Assembly: GCF_020745735.1 (NCBI RefSeq)
Contig: NC_083410.1
Coordinates: 3,694,117 to 3,758,116 of the forward strand
Reading direction: 5' to 3'
Length of the DNA: 64,000 nt
Source: Hemiscyllium ocellatum
Taxonomy: Eukaryota
This document shows, piece after piece, positions 62,420 through 64,000 of the stretch. The position numbers were made by a program, and so were the translations under genes. The notes under the pieces were generated by a model. That model was not told the DNA's origin. It worked only from the letters and a program-made list of their open reading frames with translations, and made no database searches. Position 1 is the first letter of the stretch, and every line of letters begins with the position of its first letter.

Positions 62420-62870
62420 CAGAAAACTAGCCACAAAAAGACATGACCTTCTCTCACCAGTTTCCTTACATACAGATAAGGAAGGACACTACTTTGACTG
62501 GGACAACACATCAATCCTAGGACAAGCCAAACAAAGACATGCATGAGAATTCCTAGCAGCATGGCATTCCAACTAGAACTCTATCAACAAACACATCGAG
62601 TTAGACACCATCTACCACCCCCTGAGAAAAGGAACAGGAAGTGACTTCACCACAGGAAATAACATCACCACAGGAAATGACATCACCAACCCAAAGAAAC
62701 CTAGACATATAAATAGAAAGCAGGAACTTTCAGCATTGCTTCGCCTGAGGCCCACTGAAGATGTTACCTCGCAGGGTAACAAAATGTCTGGAAATGAACT
62801 TTCCAGCTCAGAGAGCAAATATGCATCCAAAACTCCAACCTGAGCTACAAATCTTCTCAAAACTCACGAA
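62420..62870 (+). mobile_element. Penelope-like fragment (GIY-YIG C-terminus and pLTR) with degenerate hammerhead at about 62753-62790
   Basis: LATKRHD.LS.VSLHTDKEGHYFDWDNTSILGQAKQRHA; cTGAAGAtgttacc..ggtaacAAAAtgtc. Confidence 0.75.
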
Positions 62871-62999
62871 CATTTCTCAAACAAAAATAATTTGCCTTTA
62901 CACAGGCGGTTGAGTAAATATAATGATTTCAGGCTTCTTTTAGCGAATCATTATTTCTTTAATATAATAATTTTTGCCCTTCTCAAAGTTGATTTATCT

Positions 63000-63460
63000 T
63001 CCTTTGAGTCTCAAACAGTAACTGCTTTACCCCAGGTTAATGATTTGGTTTCTTCCCCTTGTCGTGTCAGGGAGATTGTGTCTGGTTTACACAGGACTGG
63101 AGAAGAATTTGGAGAGGGAGGAGAAGGATCCACTTGTAGATGTCTATGTTGGGACCAACGACACTGGGGGCACAAGAAAGGAGGTTTCACTGAAAGACTG
63201 TGACCAATAGGGAGCTAAATGATAAAGCAGAAACTCCAAAGTAAGAATCTCTGGATTACTGCCTGAGCCACAACAAACTGACATGGGGTAAATATAGTCA
63301 AGCAGTTCAATACATGGCTCAGAGTTCAGTCTGAGTGGAATGGGTTTCAGTTTGTGTGCACTGGCACCAGTACTGGGGTAAAAGGGGGCTGTTCTTCTGT
63401 GGGAAGCTTCACTTGAACCCTGCTGGAACCAGTGTCCTGGTGAATTGAATAACTAGGGCT
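63000..63460 (+). mobile_element. CR1 ORF1 C-terminal (esterase-like) fragment
   Basis: gtccacttgtag..accaacgacactggg, tctctggattactgcctgagcca, gggcactggcaccagtactgg-type text, homologous to the 57250-57500 region. Confidence 0.6.
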
Positions 63461-64000
63461 GTAGAGAGGGTTTTCAAATAATTAGAAGGGGGAGGGATTC
63501 AGGACAAAGGGGCTGGAGGCTGGCAAAGCAAGAGTAGGACAGGAACAGACAGAGGATACTAACACAGAAAAACAGCAGTGAATAGGGTCACCAGGGGAAA
63601 TAATGTTAAAAAGGCAAAGTTAATGACTGTGTTTATTTTTCTGCATATAGTATTCTGAACAAAATAACTGAAATAATGGCCCAGTTTCAGGCGGACGTAG
63701 AATTGTGAAGAAGAGTCAGATCAAACATGTAACATTCACTCTGCTTCTCTCTCTGCAGATACTGCCAGACATCCTGAGTCTCTCCAGCATTCTCTGTATT
63801 TGTTTCAGGTTTCCATCATCTGCAGTATTTTGATCATCTCAACTGAGTGACAGTCCTGTTTCTCCACCCAGTTTATTGTACGTTCAGTTAAAGCAACTAA
63901 ACCCAAACTGCCCCAGCCAACTGCAGCTTCTTTAATGGCTCATTTCTCAGAAGGTAAAGAATTTAAAGTGTCAGTAAAGGGAAAGCAGTGACAATGAACC

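Overview
Vertebrate genomic DNA, almost certainly elasmobranch (shark): HE1/V-SINEs, Deu-domain SINEs, dense CR1 LINEs and Penelope-like elements make up most of the window. No prokaryotic features or CRISPR arrays are present. Hidden among the repeats is a cluster of non-rearranging, germline-joined VJ-type Ig-superfamily exons. Two are on the minus strand (191-540, 6381-6980) and three on the plus strand (30859-31202, 33233-33577, 37474-37819). Each carries the J-like motif (Y/I/S)GxGxQLxV fused in the same exon, and none has an RSS. I traced the plus-strand V exons by splice site and phase into an uncharged transmembrane exon (38364-38514) and 4-5 small cytoplasmic exons carrying tyrosine motifs (AVYENV, SIYSEF). 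This describes a V-V-V-TM-cytoplasmic immune receptor that the ORF track misses. As assembled it is disabled by 1-bp deletions and stops, and I found no leader exon. Non-coding modules of the same duplication unit recur at 4980-6060, 28970-29367 and 54680-56740 in alternating orientation. The window also holds a 6.4-kb class I ERV (13865-20230, minus) with near-identical 490-bp LTRs, a tRNA-Arg PBS, no pol, a gag zinc knuckle about 60 bp from the env tail, and a 9-copy hairpin array in its leader. Several palindromic Penelope-like insertions carry hammerhead ribozyme cores. Coordinates of old LINE fragments are approximate (tens of bp), and all comparisons were made by eye.
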